Assembly: GCA_050014735.1 (NCBI GenBank)
Contig: JBEKCU010000003.1
Coordinates: 1 to 61,439 of the forward strand
Direction of reading: 5' to 3'
DNA: 61,439 nucleotides
DNA from: Candidatus Acidiferrales bacterium
GTDB taxonomy: Bacteria; Acidobacteriota; Terriglobia; Acidiferrales; UBA7541
The notes beneath the pieces were generated by a model. That model was not told the DNA's origin and searched no databases. It saw only the letters and a list, made by a program, of their open reading frames with translations. Position numbers and translations under genes: made by a program. Position 1 is the first letter of the stretch. Each line of letters begins with the position of its first letter. This document shows, in pieces, positions 37,991 to 47,146 of the stretch.

Positions 37991-38018
37991 ATCAAAAGCA
38001 GACAGGCTGAAGCCCGTC
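37991..38018 (-). terminator. Hairpin GACGGGCTTCAGCCTGTC + TGCTTTTGAT, 3' of the DEAD-box helicase gene
   Basis: Same GGCTTCAGCC-core hairpin as at 32273 and 37944, read on the minus strand and followed by a T-rich run. Confidence 0.65.
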
Positions 38019-38089
38019 CTACTTGGAAAGAATGAGGAGCCCGCTTACGGGCCGAAGCAGATTCGGCCCCTAGGCAAGCTCAAAAACAG

Positions 38090-39334
38090 TTAGTCGCCGG
38101 AATGCGCCTGGAAGACTTCGCCGGGCAAGCGTGCCATCCTTGAAGAATGACCGGTTTGAGAAGTACGACCGGAATGAACGCGGTCGAATTCAATCGGAGG
38201 CCGTTCCGGCTTCGCGGAGAACTCGATATCGGCCTGCATCCTCTCCATTCGGATGCCCAGCGTGCGCTCCAACAAGAGCAGGTCAGACCGCTGGTCCCGT
38301 CCGAAGAGCGTGGACGCGACACCCATCTTGCCTGCGCGGCCTGTGCGGCCAACGCGGTGGATGAAATTCTCCGCAATCTCCGGTAAATCGTAGTTAATGA
38401 CGTGGGCGATATCCTGCACGTGGATGCCACGCGACGCCAGGTCGGTCGCGACCATCACGCGGTAGCGGCCCTGCTGAAAACCAGTCAATGCTGCCGTTCG
38501 CTGGGATTGCGACCGGTCACCGTGAATCATGGTGGCGGTAAATCCTTCGCGAGCCAGGTTCCTGGCAAGTTTTTCGGTTCCGCGCTTGGTGCGCGCGAAT
38601 ACGAGGCAGCGGCCCGTCTCCTTGGCGAGCAGATGTTGCAGCATTTCCTGCTTGCGATCGCCGGAAACTTCGTACGCATGAACGCGCACGTTTTCCGATG
38701 GCTTCAGTGTGGACCCGAACGCGAGACGCACCGGGCTCCGCATGTAATCGTTCACGAGATGGACCACCGAAGCTTCCAGCGTTGCGGAAAAGCACAGCGT
38801 CTGGCGATCCTTCGGCAGGATGCTGGCAATTCTGCGAATCGCCGGAAGGAATCCCATGTCCAGCATGCGATCGGCCTCGTCGAGGATGAGCACGCTGAGC
38901 GCCTTGAAATTGAAAAGCTTGCGGCCCAAATAATCTTCAAGCCGGCCCGGAGTGGCAACCACCAGGCGCGCTCCGTCTCGAATGGCGGCGAGCTGTTTTG
39001 CTTCGGGAAGGCCACCCACCACCAGCGCAGCTGGTGGCAGTTGCTTTCCGCGCAATGCGTTGTACTGATCTAAAACTTGCATCGCGAGTTCGCGCGTGGG
39101 AACGAGCACAAGGGCTTCAATCCCTCGCGCTTTCTGCTGAAGCAGCCGTTCGATGACTGGAATCAGGAAGGCGAGCGTCTTGCCGGTTCCCGTCTGCGCG
39201 GTCGCAAGCACGTCCTTGCCTTCAAGCGCCTGCGGGATCGCCGCCGCTTGTACTGGAGTCGGGATCGCAAAACGTGCCAGCGACAACCGCTCCTTCGTGT
39301 AATTGGAAATCTGTAATTCCGAGAAATTCTGCAT
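38090..39334 (-). CDS. DEAD-box ATP-dependent RNA helicase (RhlE-like)
   Basis: Q-motif, AQTGTGKT, PTRELA, DEAD (LILDEADRMLDMGF), SAT, ARGIH and HRVGRTGRAG. Confidence 0.9.
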   Translation of the reverse strand: MQNFSELQISNYTKERLSLARFAIPTPVQAAAIPQALEGKDVLATAQTGTGKTLAFLIPVIERLLQQKARGIEALVLVPTRELAMQVLDQYNALRGKQLPPAALVVGGLPEAKQLAAIRDGARLVVATPGRLEDYLGRKLFNFKALSVLILDEADRMLDMGFLPAIRRIASILPKDRQTLCFSATLEASVVHLVNDYMRSPVRLAFGSTLKPSENVRVHAYEVSGDRKQEMLQHLLAKETGRCLVFARTKRGTEKLARNLAREGFTATMIHGDRSQSQRTAALTGFQQGRYRVMVATDLASRGIHVQDIAHVINYDLPEIAENFIHRVGRTGRAGKMGVASTLFGRDQRSDLLLLERTLGIRMERMQADIEFSAKPERPPIEFDRVHSGRTSQTGHSSRMARLPGEVFQAHSGD

Positions 39335-39829
39335 GTTTCTACTTTGTCTTTTCTGCTGGCAGTGGCCGTCGCTGCGCGCACACGAATGTTTTTTCGACGG
39401 GCCCCACGATTCACCTTCAGCCCCATTGGGGCAAAGTGTTCAGTGAAAAAGCAGAGTCCGCACCCGGTGCGGGCACACAACTGGCATGACCAGTCCTAGT
39501 TTAAATTACGCTGAAAACGTACGGAGGAGATCAAAGGCGGGGTTTTCTCAAATCGAACCAATCGAACCAGAGCAACCACACCAAACAACCGATGTATTAG
39601 CGCAAGTACAGTATACCACAGATCGAGCCAAATTGGCGGAACAAATTATGACAGGGCAGAGTTACCGATAGGCCCCATTGTTTCGGGTGCACAAGACAAG
39701 CAATGAATACCAATTCCGTATTCTAGTGTCGCACACTCTCAAACTTCGATTCTCGCAGTATTCTTTGCGGTGACTCGCGCCGCTTCGTGGCCGAGTGCGA
39801 ACCTAGTTGGTAAAGCTTACACGACGGAT

Positions 39830-40513
39830 TTACCGAATGTCCACTTCGTGGAAGCCGAAGCCTTTTAACATACCCGAGATCGTGCTTCGCGCGTTATCGC
39901 CAGCGGTCTTGAGGATGCCATCGTGCACCGCGTCTTGTTGGAGCTGCCGCTCAGCTTCTTCGCGGACTTCGCTTTCGAGGTTGGGATCTGGAGAAGAGAA
40001 TAGGCCGGTGTCGCGGGAATATACCTTCGTCTTCGCATTATCGATGCGAGTGCTGAAGACTTCCGCTGAAGGCAGGTGAATCGACACTTTCTGCCCCTGG
40101 ATCACGACATCGCCGGACTGCAAGCCCGCCAGATTAATTCCTCCAATCACTTCGCCGTGTACTAATAGCAGCAGCCGGTCACCCGCGAGGAATTTCGGCA
40201 GGTAAGCATTGGAGCGCTCGCCCGTAATAATCTTATCCATCGTATAGCTCACGGTTTCCAGCCGCTGGAGTTGCTGAATTTGACGAACCACAGTAGGCTG
40301 ACCGATATTGATCTGAGTGCGACCTCCGCGCAAAATGCTCATCAGGCTCAACAACCCAATCCCAGTCGACAGCCACACGAGCGCCCCTACAAAAACAACC
40401 GTAGTTACCGCACCCAAGAACGTGCCCAGAATCCATGAGTATAAATTCCGAGGCTTTCCTCGCGTGCCGTCGATTTCCTGTACTTTCGCGAGAGGAGCAT
40501 TGTCACTTGTCAT
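39830..40513 (-). CDS. DUF4230-like membrane-anchored protein
   Basis: N-terminal TM, then VVRQIQQLQRLETVSYTMDKII...LLLVHGEVIGGINL...VSIHLPSAEV. This matches my memory of DUF4230. Confidence 0.7.
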   Translation of the reverse strand: MTSDNAPLAKVQEIDGTRGKPRNLYSWILGTFLGAVTTVVFVGALVWLSTGIGLLSLMSILRGGRTQINIGQPTVVRQIQQLQRLETVSYTMDKIITGERSNAYLPKFLAGDRLLLLVHGEVIGGINLAGLQSGDVVIQGQKVSIHLPSAEVFSTRIDNAKTKVYSRDTGLFSSPDPNLESEVREEAERQLQQDAVHDGILKTAGDNARSTISGMLKGFGFHEVDIR

Positions 40514-40719
40514 CGGTTAGCCCAGCGATTCCAGTGTAGACCAAGCCAAAAGTCATTGCTCGAAATCGTTAACGCGACTTCCAGTCGGCGCTCCACTCCG
40601 CTGGAAGCCCACTGTGCTTTCCAAGAAGCGATTGATCGGGCACCACCCTGGCAGGGACGGATGTTGGTTATCTTTTGTCGCTGAAGATTGTGAAGGTTGC
40701 GCCATAATGGGTCACTCGA

Positions 40720-41976
40720 ATGAACCAAGCTGCGGCTAACTCAACTCTACCCCAGCCTCAAACATGGCGGGAAACCGGGCTTCGCCGGGATTTTCTGGAG
40801 GGCCTCGCGCTCAAGATTTTGTTCCTGCACGGTGAGTTATTGCTTCGAGATCTCGCGGCCGAAATGTGTCTCAATCTGGCCATTATTGAGGAAATTTTTC
40901 AAATTCTGCGACGAGAACATCTGATTGAAGCGAAAGGCGTGACAGCTGGAAATTACCAGATCGTGCCCTCCGACCAGGGAAAAACACGAGCTCTTCAGCT
41001 ACTTGCGTTGAATCAATACTCAGGTCCGGCTCCGGTGCCCTTGAGTGAATATACGAAACGCGTTCGCGAGCAAAGTGTACAGGGGGTGCCGGTAGATCCG
41101 GCGGACCTAAAGCGGGCTTTTTCTCATCTGGTTGTGTCCGACGACGTGCTCAACCGGATCGGAACCGCGGTCGTATCGGGTACTTCCATTCTCTTTCATG
41201 GCCCGACCGGTACGGGAAAAACGACACTGGCCGATCTGATTCCCGATATCTATCCAGATACCGTTTGGATTCCGCATTGCGTGGAAGTGGATAATCAGAT
41301 CATCTCGATCTTCGATGCCACGATCCACCGGCCAACCGAACAGCCCGCTTGGGATACGTCGGATTCGCGCTGGGTGCGATGTCGCCGTCCGCGCGTGTTG
41401 GCCGGCGGAGAACTAACGGCAGAGATGCTCGAATTGCAAGTCAACTCCTTCACGAAGTTTTATTCCGCGCCGCTTCAGTTAAAAGCAAACAACGGCGTTC
41501 TGGTTATCGACGATCTCGGACGTCAACGAATTCCTCCCGAGGTGCTGCTGAATCGGTGGATCGTCCCACTCGATCGGCGGATTGATTTTCTCACGCTGGG
41601 AGGAGGGAGAACTTTCGAAGTGCCCTTCGATTTGTTTCTCGTTTTTTCAACGAACCTCGATCTAGCTGAACTGGCCGACGGAGCGTTTCTCCGCCGAATC
41701 CCCAACAAAATCAAGGTTAAAAATCTGACCGTCGAGCAGTTCCACGAGATCGCCAAGAACGTGTGCGGCGCTTCGCAGGTTGCCTACGATGCTGCGGTCA
41801 TCGATCGTCTGGTTAAACTCATTTCCGATGACCTCAAGCAGCCGCTTCGTGCGTGCCACCCCAGAGACATCGTCGCGCAAATTTGCTGGGCCGCGAAGTA
41901 CAAAGGAATGAAGCCCGAACTGGATGCGAGCGCGATCGAGCAGGCATGCCGAAATTATTTCGTCGAATCGGAATGA
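40720..41976 (+). CDS. AAA+ ATPase with N-terminal winged-helix-like domain
   Basis: Walker A GPTGTGKTT, Walker B VLVIDDLG, FLRRIP sensor/arginine region. The N-terminal ~90 aa look wHTH-like (LRDLAAEMCLNLAIIEEIFQILRREHLIEAKG). Confidence 0.75.
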   Translation: MNQAAANSTLPQPQTWRETGLRRDFLEGLALKILFLHGELLLRDLAAEMCLNLAIIEEIFQILRREHLIEAKGVTAGNYQIVPSDQGKTRALQLLALNQYSGPAPVPLSEYTKRVREQSVQGVPVDPADLKRAFSHLVVSDDVLNRIGTAVVSGTSILFHGPTGTGKTTLADLIPDIYPDTVWIPHCVEVDNQIISIFDATIHRPTEQPAWDTSDSRWVRCRRPRVLAGGELTAEMLELQVNSFTKFYSAPLQLKANNGVLVIDDLGRQRIPPEVLLNRWIVPLDRRIDFLTLGGGRTFEVPFDLFLVFSTNLDLAELADGAFLRRIPNKIKVKNLTVEQFHEIAKNVCGASQVAYDAAVIDRLVKLISDDLKQPLRACHPRDIVAQICWAAKYKGMKPELDASAIEQACRNYFVESE

Positions 41977-42353
41977 GGCCTCGCATTGGCGGTGAGTTCG
42001 TGTTCCAATGCACCCGTTAATCGCCTCTTAGATCGGGGCGGTTCCAATGGCTAGTTTCCGATAAGAGATCCTATCGAAGGCTGGACCACCATGTGCTTCA
42101 ACTTCGATTGGACTTTCCAGAATTTGCATGTAAAATCTGTAATTCTGTTCACGGTTCCGCAGGAAGCAGGGTGGGTGGCTACCGATTAACGACGCTGTTT
42201 GCGCGGAAGTCAGGCCGTTTTTTTTGAAGCCACGCGGGGCCGTTGCGTGGCCCTCTCGAAGGAACTTTCGACTTTGGGTGCCTTGGGACATTCAATTTTG
42301 ATGAATGACGCTGTGTGTGTGTCACGCGGCTGGTGCAAGAGGGAGGCAAGTTC

Positions 42354-43538
42354 ATGATTGTTGGCATTCCCCGAGAAAGCTATCCGGGGGAGCGGCGTGT
42401 GGCGCTGATTCCCGCCGTCATTCCCAGTCTGGCGAAGGCTGGTCTGGAAGTCGTTGTCGAAGCCGGGGCAGGCATCGAGGCGGGCTTCCCGGACGCCGAA
42501 TACGTTGCCAAAGGCGCCAAGATCATTGCGGATCGAGCGGAAGTATTTCGGCTCGCGGACATCGTGATTCAGGTGCTTTCTTACGGCTCAAACGATCAGA
42601 CGGGCGCGGCCGACTTGCCGCTTTTTCGACCCGGTCAATTACTCATTGGATTTCTCCGGCCCATGGGGTCCGTGGAAACGATTCAAGCGATTGCCGCGAC
42701 CGGCGTAACCTCGTTCTCAGTTGAGCTGATGCCGAGGACCACTCGCGCGCAAAGCATGGATGCCCTTTCCTCAATGGGCACGATCTGCGGTTATAAAGCC
42801 GTACTGATTGCGGCGGATACGCTCCCAAAAATTTTCCCGATGCTGACAACGGCGGCTGGTACGATCACCCCGGCTCGCATTCTCGTTATCGGCGCGGGTG
42901 TAGCCGGCCTCCAGGCGATCGCTACTGCGCGACGGCTCGGAGGAGTTGCTTCCGCGTATGACCTCAGGCCCGCGGCGAAGGAGCAGGTACAGAGCCTTGG
43001 CGGGCGATTCGTCGAGCTTCCCATCGAAGCCAAGGATGCGCAGGACGCGGGCGGCTATGCGAAGGCGCAGGACGAGGAATTTTACAGGCGGCAGCGCGAA
43101 TTGCTGGGCAAGGTGGTAGGGGAAAGCGACGTTGTGATTACTGCGGCCGTCGTTCCGGGCAAGAAATCGCCCGTGCTCGTGACAAAAGAAATGGTTGCAG
43201 GCATGGCGCCGGGCTCGGTGATTGTGGATTTGGCGTCGGAACGCGGCGGAAACTGCGAACTCACGAAGCCAGGCGAGATATTCATCGTGAACGGCGTCAC
43301 GATCATCGGCCGCTTCAATCTTGCTTCCGCTGTACCGTACCACGCGAGTCAGATGTACTCGAAGAATATCTCCGCGTTTCTCATGCTGATGGTCAAGGAA
43401 GGTAAGCTACAGCTCAATCTCGACGATGACATTATCAAGAGCACACTGGTGACGCAGGGAGGGGCGGTGGTCAACAGCCGCATTCGTGAATTCTTCGCGC
43501 TACCGCCCCTGGTCGCGGCACAGAAGGGGACAACATAG
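42354..43538 (+). CDS. pntAA: NAD(P) transhydrogenase alpha subunit, part 1
   Basis: From ATG 42354 (GGGAGG upstream): MIVGIPRESYPGERRVAL..., and VIGAGVAGLQAIATARRLGG. Confidence 0.9.
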   Translation: MIVGIPRESYPGERRVALIPAVIPSLAKAGLEVVVEAGAGIEAGFPDAEYVAKGAKIIADRAEVFRLADIVIQVLSYGSNDQTGAADLPLFRPGQLLIGFLRPMGSVETIQAIAATGVTSFSVELMPRTTRAQSMDALSSMGTICGYKAVLIAADTLPKIFPMLTTAAGTITPARILVIGAGVAGLQAIATARRLGGVASAYDLRPAAKEQVQSLGGRFVELPIEAKDAQDAGGYAKAQDEEFYRRQRELLGKVVGESDVVITAAVVPGKKSPVLVTKEMVAGMAPGSVIVDLASERGGNCELTKPGEIFIVNGVTIIGRFNLASAVPYHASQMYSKNISAFLMLMVKEGKLQLNLDDDIIKSTLVTQGGAVVNSRIREFFALPPLVAAQKGTT

Positions 43539-43540
43539 CG

Positions 43541-43837
43541 ATGAGAATGGATCTGATTACGAGTGTTTACGTTTTCATGCTGGCGGCTTTCATTGGTTTG
43601 GAAGTGATCCGCCGCGTGTCTCCCCTTCTGCATACCCCCCTAATGTCTTTGACAAACGCCCTCGACGCCATCGCCGTCGTCGGCGCAATCATTCTGGCTG
43701 GGGAGCACAAGACAACGCTTTCCACCGTGCTTGGCACCATTGCAATCGTCGCCGCCACCAGCAACGTTGTAGGCGGTTTTTTCATCACGGACCGGATGCT
43801 CAAAATGTTTAAAGCGAGCAGCAAACCGAAACCATGA
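43541..43837 (+). CDS. pntAB: NAD(P) transhydrogenase alpha subunit, part 2 (membrane)
   Basis: 98-aa protein with three TM helices, located between the alpha-1 and beta genes. Confidence 0.9.
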   Translation: MRMDLITSVYVFMLAAFIGLEVIRRVSPLLHTPLMSLTNALDAIAVVGAIILAGEHKTTLSTVLGTIAIVAATSNVVGGFFITDRMLKMFKASSKPKP

Positions 43838-45234
43838 CACCTTTCCCAGCGACCGACACGATTATTGAAATTACATATCTGATCGCCACGGCATTGTTCA
43901 TCCTGTCTCTAAAGTGGATGAGCTCGCCCACCACGGCGCGTCACGGCGTTTGGGCCGGCGAAATTGGCATGCTGCTGGCCGTGGCGGGAACTCTGCTGAA
44001 CCGCGGAATCGTGGACTACAAGTGGGTCATGATCGCCCTGGTGCTTGGCACCATTATTGGCGTCCCTCTCGGCAAGGTCCAGATGACGGCGGTTCCCCAG
44101 CGGACCGCGCTCAGCCATGCCTTCGGAGCGTTGTGCGTTACGCTCGTTGGAACGGCCGAATTTTACCTCCGCGCGCCCAACGTGCCCAAATTCATGATGT
44201 CCGTGTTGTCGATGGAAGTCATTCTCGGCTCCCTGACCTTTACCGGCAGCCTGATGGCGGCGGGAAAATTACAGGAAATATTGCCCCAGCGTCCCATCAC
44301 GTTTAAGGGCCAGAATATCGTCAATCTGGGAATGCTGGTGGGTGCCGTCGGTGTGGCCGGATACCTGGTGCTCCATCCGGACCAGATGTTTCTGTTTCCG
44401 ATTATTATCGTGATTCCTCTTTTATTTGGCGTGATGATGATTATCCCCATCGGTGGCGCGGACATGCCCACTGTGATTTCCCTGCTGAATTCGTACGCCG
44501 GGCTCTCTGCTGCGGCGATGGGATTTGTGCTCGATAGCAAGCTTCTGATCGTTGCCGGCGCGTTGGACGGAGCTTCAGGGTTGATTCTGTCCGTGAACAT
44601 GTCGAAAGCGATGAATCGCTCGTTCTCGAACGTGCTGTTCGGTGCGTTCGGCCAGGAAGCGGTCTCCGCGAAAGGTGGCGCGGACGCCAAGCCGGTTCGC
44701 AGCGCGAGTCCCGAGGAGGCCGCTGGGATTCTGGCGGTTGCAAGCAAGGTTGTCATCGTGCCCGGCTATGGCATGGCCGTGGCGCAAGCGCAGCATAAAG
44801 TGCGCGAACTATACGACAACCTGACCAAGCGCGGGATCGACGTGAAGTTCGGCATCCATCCGGTCGCAGGACGCATGCCGGGCCACATGAACGTCCTGCT
44901 TGCCGAGGCCGACATTCCGTACGACAAGCTTCTCGACATGGATGAAATTAACGGCGAATTTCCTCAGACCGACGTAGCCCTGATTATCGGCGCGAATGAC
45001 GTGACCAATCCCGCCGCGCGCACGGACTCCAGCAGCCCGATTTTCGGTATGCCCATACTCGATGTCGACAAGGCTCGGACTGTCATGGTGATTAAGCGCA
45101 GCATGGGCGCGGGCTTCGCGGGAATCGAAAACCCCCTGTATTGTCTCGATAAGACCTTGATGCTCTTCGGCGATGCAAAAGGTTTCGTCGGCTCTATCGT
45201 CCGCGAACTTTCCGGCGGCGGGAGTCACGGGTAG
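43834..45234 (+). CDS. pntB: NAD(P) transhydrogenase beta subunit
   Basis: Polytopic N-terminus plus the dIII domain (VIVPGYGMAVAQAQH, HPVAGRMPGHMNVLLAEA, GANDV.NP). Confidence 0.95.
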   Translation: MTPFPATDTIIEITYLIATALFILSLKWMSSPTTARHGVWAGEIGMLLAVAGTLLNRGIVDYKWVMIALVLGTIIGVPLGKVQMTAVPQRTALSHAFGALCVTLVGTAEFYLRAPNVPKFMMSVLSMEVILGSLTFTGSLMAAGKLQEILPQRPITFKGQNIVNLGMLVGAVGVAGYLVLHPDQMFLFPIIIVIPLLFGVMMIIPIGGADMPTVISLLNSYAGLSAAAMGFVLDSKLLIVAGALDGASGLILSVNMSKAMNRSFSNVLFGAFGQEAVSAKGGADAKPVRSASPEEAAGILAVASKVVIVPGYGMAVAQAQHKVRELYDNLTKRGIDVKFGIHPVAGRMPGHMNVLLAEADIPYDKLLDMDEINGEFPQTDVALIIGANDVTNPAARTDSSSPIFGMPILDVDKARTVMVIKRSMGAGFAGIENPLYCLDKTLMLFGDAKGFVGSIVRELSGGGSHG

Positions 45235-45380
45235 TTTCTCGAGATTTCGTTCTGAAGATTCGCGCCACGAATTTCAGCGCAATTGCAGGGGCGCGGCAGG
45301 CCTTGCCCACGCGCCTGAACTCTTGGAATTCATCGATTGAATTGGCGAACGATCTCGGTTGAGTTCGTGCTGAATCCAAG

Positions 45381-46961
45381 TTAGCGCAGTCGGAATGAGA
45401 CAATCAGCGTGGTTACCACGGCCGCTGGCCTGCCATTTATCCGCAAGGCTCGATACTGCCATTGCTGCACCGCTTCCGTTGCAGCGCGGGCGAGAATTGG
45501 AGGGCCTTCGAGAACTTTCATGTCCGTCACGCGACCCTCGCTCGACACCATGACTCGCAGAATAACGTCGCCTTCGATTCCAGCTTTTCGAGCAACGTCC
45601 GGATACTCGGGCACCACTGAGTGCTCGAGATGTCTTTGCATTTCGGCGGCATCGACTGGAACGCCGCCCCACCAGGACTCCAGAATTCTTCTGCGGGCCT
45701 CCGCAAAAAATCCGTCGGCATCGATGTCGGTGTCTGGCTCGTAGGGGACACCTCGGGAAATCGAGGATTGCGCCCCGCCGAGGGCGCCGGTTTCCATCCA
45801 TGTTGCGGGGGACGCCACGCGCATTTCCGTTCGGGGCTCGGCAAACTTTAGCAGGATGTTGCCGGAGGTGGCTTTCAGGTGAAGAGCTGAGCCACCTCCA
45901 TTCAAGGCGCCCTCAAATCGTATCGTCCGTGGGCTGGAGCCGGAATTTCCGTCGCTGATTTGCAGTGGCAGCGAAGAGTCCGCAACGATCCTGTGGCCGC
46001 CGTCGCGGTCGATCGCGGCATCGATGGTCGCGGCCATCTGGCGCGGAAGATACACGATAATGTCACCCTCGCTCGAAAATAATTGCGACGTTTCGCTGAA
46101 TTTGCCCGCGCGATTTGCATCCAGACCCGCCCGGGTCGGCCGGTAGTCGAGCCACGCGGTGATGTTGCCGCCGCCAGTGGCAAGGTCGGCTACTCCCGAA
46201 ATACGGCCCGTCCGAATTTGTCCGCCGCCAGTGTGAAGGATGGCGTCGCCGTCGATACTGCCCGCGGTGATGTGTCCGCCGGAGGTGGCTGCCCTCAATG
46301 TGCCGTCAACTTCGCCGATCGTAATTTGACCGCCCAGCGTTTCAAGTCTTGCGGCAAGGTGTCCCCCGCGCGATGACCGGGAGAACGATTTCCTCGCGTC
46401 CACGCGGCCAACGGTGATATTTCCCCCGTCCGTGGATAACTCCGCGCGGCCGTCGAGATCCTGCAGTTCGATATTTCCACCCCGCGTGCGAACCTCGACG
46501 CTGTAGTGGCGCGGGATGTGAATTTCATATCTGACTCTGAAAGACCCGTGGAACTCCCGCCAAGGCAGACGGCCGTCGAGGGTAAGTCCCGATGAGCCGG
46601 ACCGGGCAGTAACCGTCAATTCATGGATGAATTCTTCAGCGCCGGGCTCGCGGGAATCGGCTTCCACCCGGACGCAGTAGGAAATCCGCGAAGTCTCATC
46701 GGTGAAGATCTGGACGTTCCCTGGATCGGCAATCAGTCGAAGGAGCAGGCCTTCCGTTGTGGCAACCGTGCCAGTTTTTGCCGCGGTGACGACTGGAATA
46801 TCCTCGGAAGGATCGAACGGTGCGAAACTTTCCAGGGAAATGAGGGCCAAATCGCGCACACCGGGGGCCGCAGCCGCGGCAGGCGCGGACGCAAAAATCA
46901 GCGCCGGCATGACTACCAGCGCCAAGGCTAGCGCACGAGCGATTCTTTGCAAATTCATCAT
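45381..46961 (-). CDS. Secreted DUF4097-like beta-strand-repeat protein fused to a TonB C-terminal domain
   Basis: Signal peptide, repeated GGNI/GGHI/GGQI strand units (DUF4097-like), and a C-terminal VPEYPDVARKAGIEGDVILRVMVSSEGRVTDMKVLEG...A.EAV.QW.Y (TonB_C). Confidence 0.75.
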   Translation of the reverse strand: MMNLQRIARALALALVVMPALIFASAPAAAAAPGVRDLALISLESFAPFDPSEDIPVVTAAKTGTVATTEGLLLRLIADPGNVQIFTDETSRISYCVRVEADSREPGAEEFIHELTVTARSGSSGLTLDGRLPWREFHGSFRVRYEIHIPRHYSVEVRTRGGNIELQDLDGRAELSTDGGNITVGRVDARKSFSRSSRGGHLAARLETLGGQITIGEVDGTLRAATSGGHITAGSIDGDAILHTGGGQIRTGRISGVADLATGGGNITAWLDYRPTRAGLDANRAGKFSETSQLFSSEGDIIVYLPRQMAATIDAAIDRDGGHRIVADSSLPLQISDGNSGSSPRTIRFEGALNGGGSALHLKATSGNILLKFAEPRTEMRVASPATWMETGALGGAQSSISRGVPYEPDTDIDADGFFAEARRRILESWWGGVPVDAAEMQRHLEHSVVPEYPDVARKAGIEGDVILRVMVSSEGRVTDMKVLEGPPILARAATEAVQQWQYRALRINGRPAAVVTTLIVSFRLR

Positions 46962-47146
46962 TCAGTTCATTCGACGTAAAGCTGCCTTCATAGTTTGCGA
47001 AAATAAAAGAAAAGAATAAAAAATAAAAGGAAAAAACGAAAAGATTGTCATCCCGAGCACATTTTCGCTGGCGAGGAATCGCTCTGTCTTCGATTTAAAC
47101 CGGGAGGAGTTTCTCGATTCGCAACTGCAACCGACTAAAGTCCGTT

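Noticed and set aside
39486-39671. 61-aa plus-strand ORF inside the helicase leader
   Set aside because: It is on the strand opposite to both flanking genes, has no RBS, and its composition is unremarkable.
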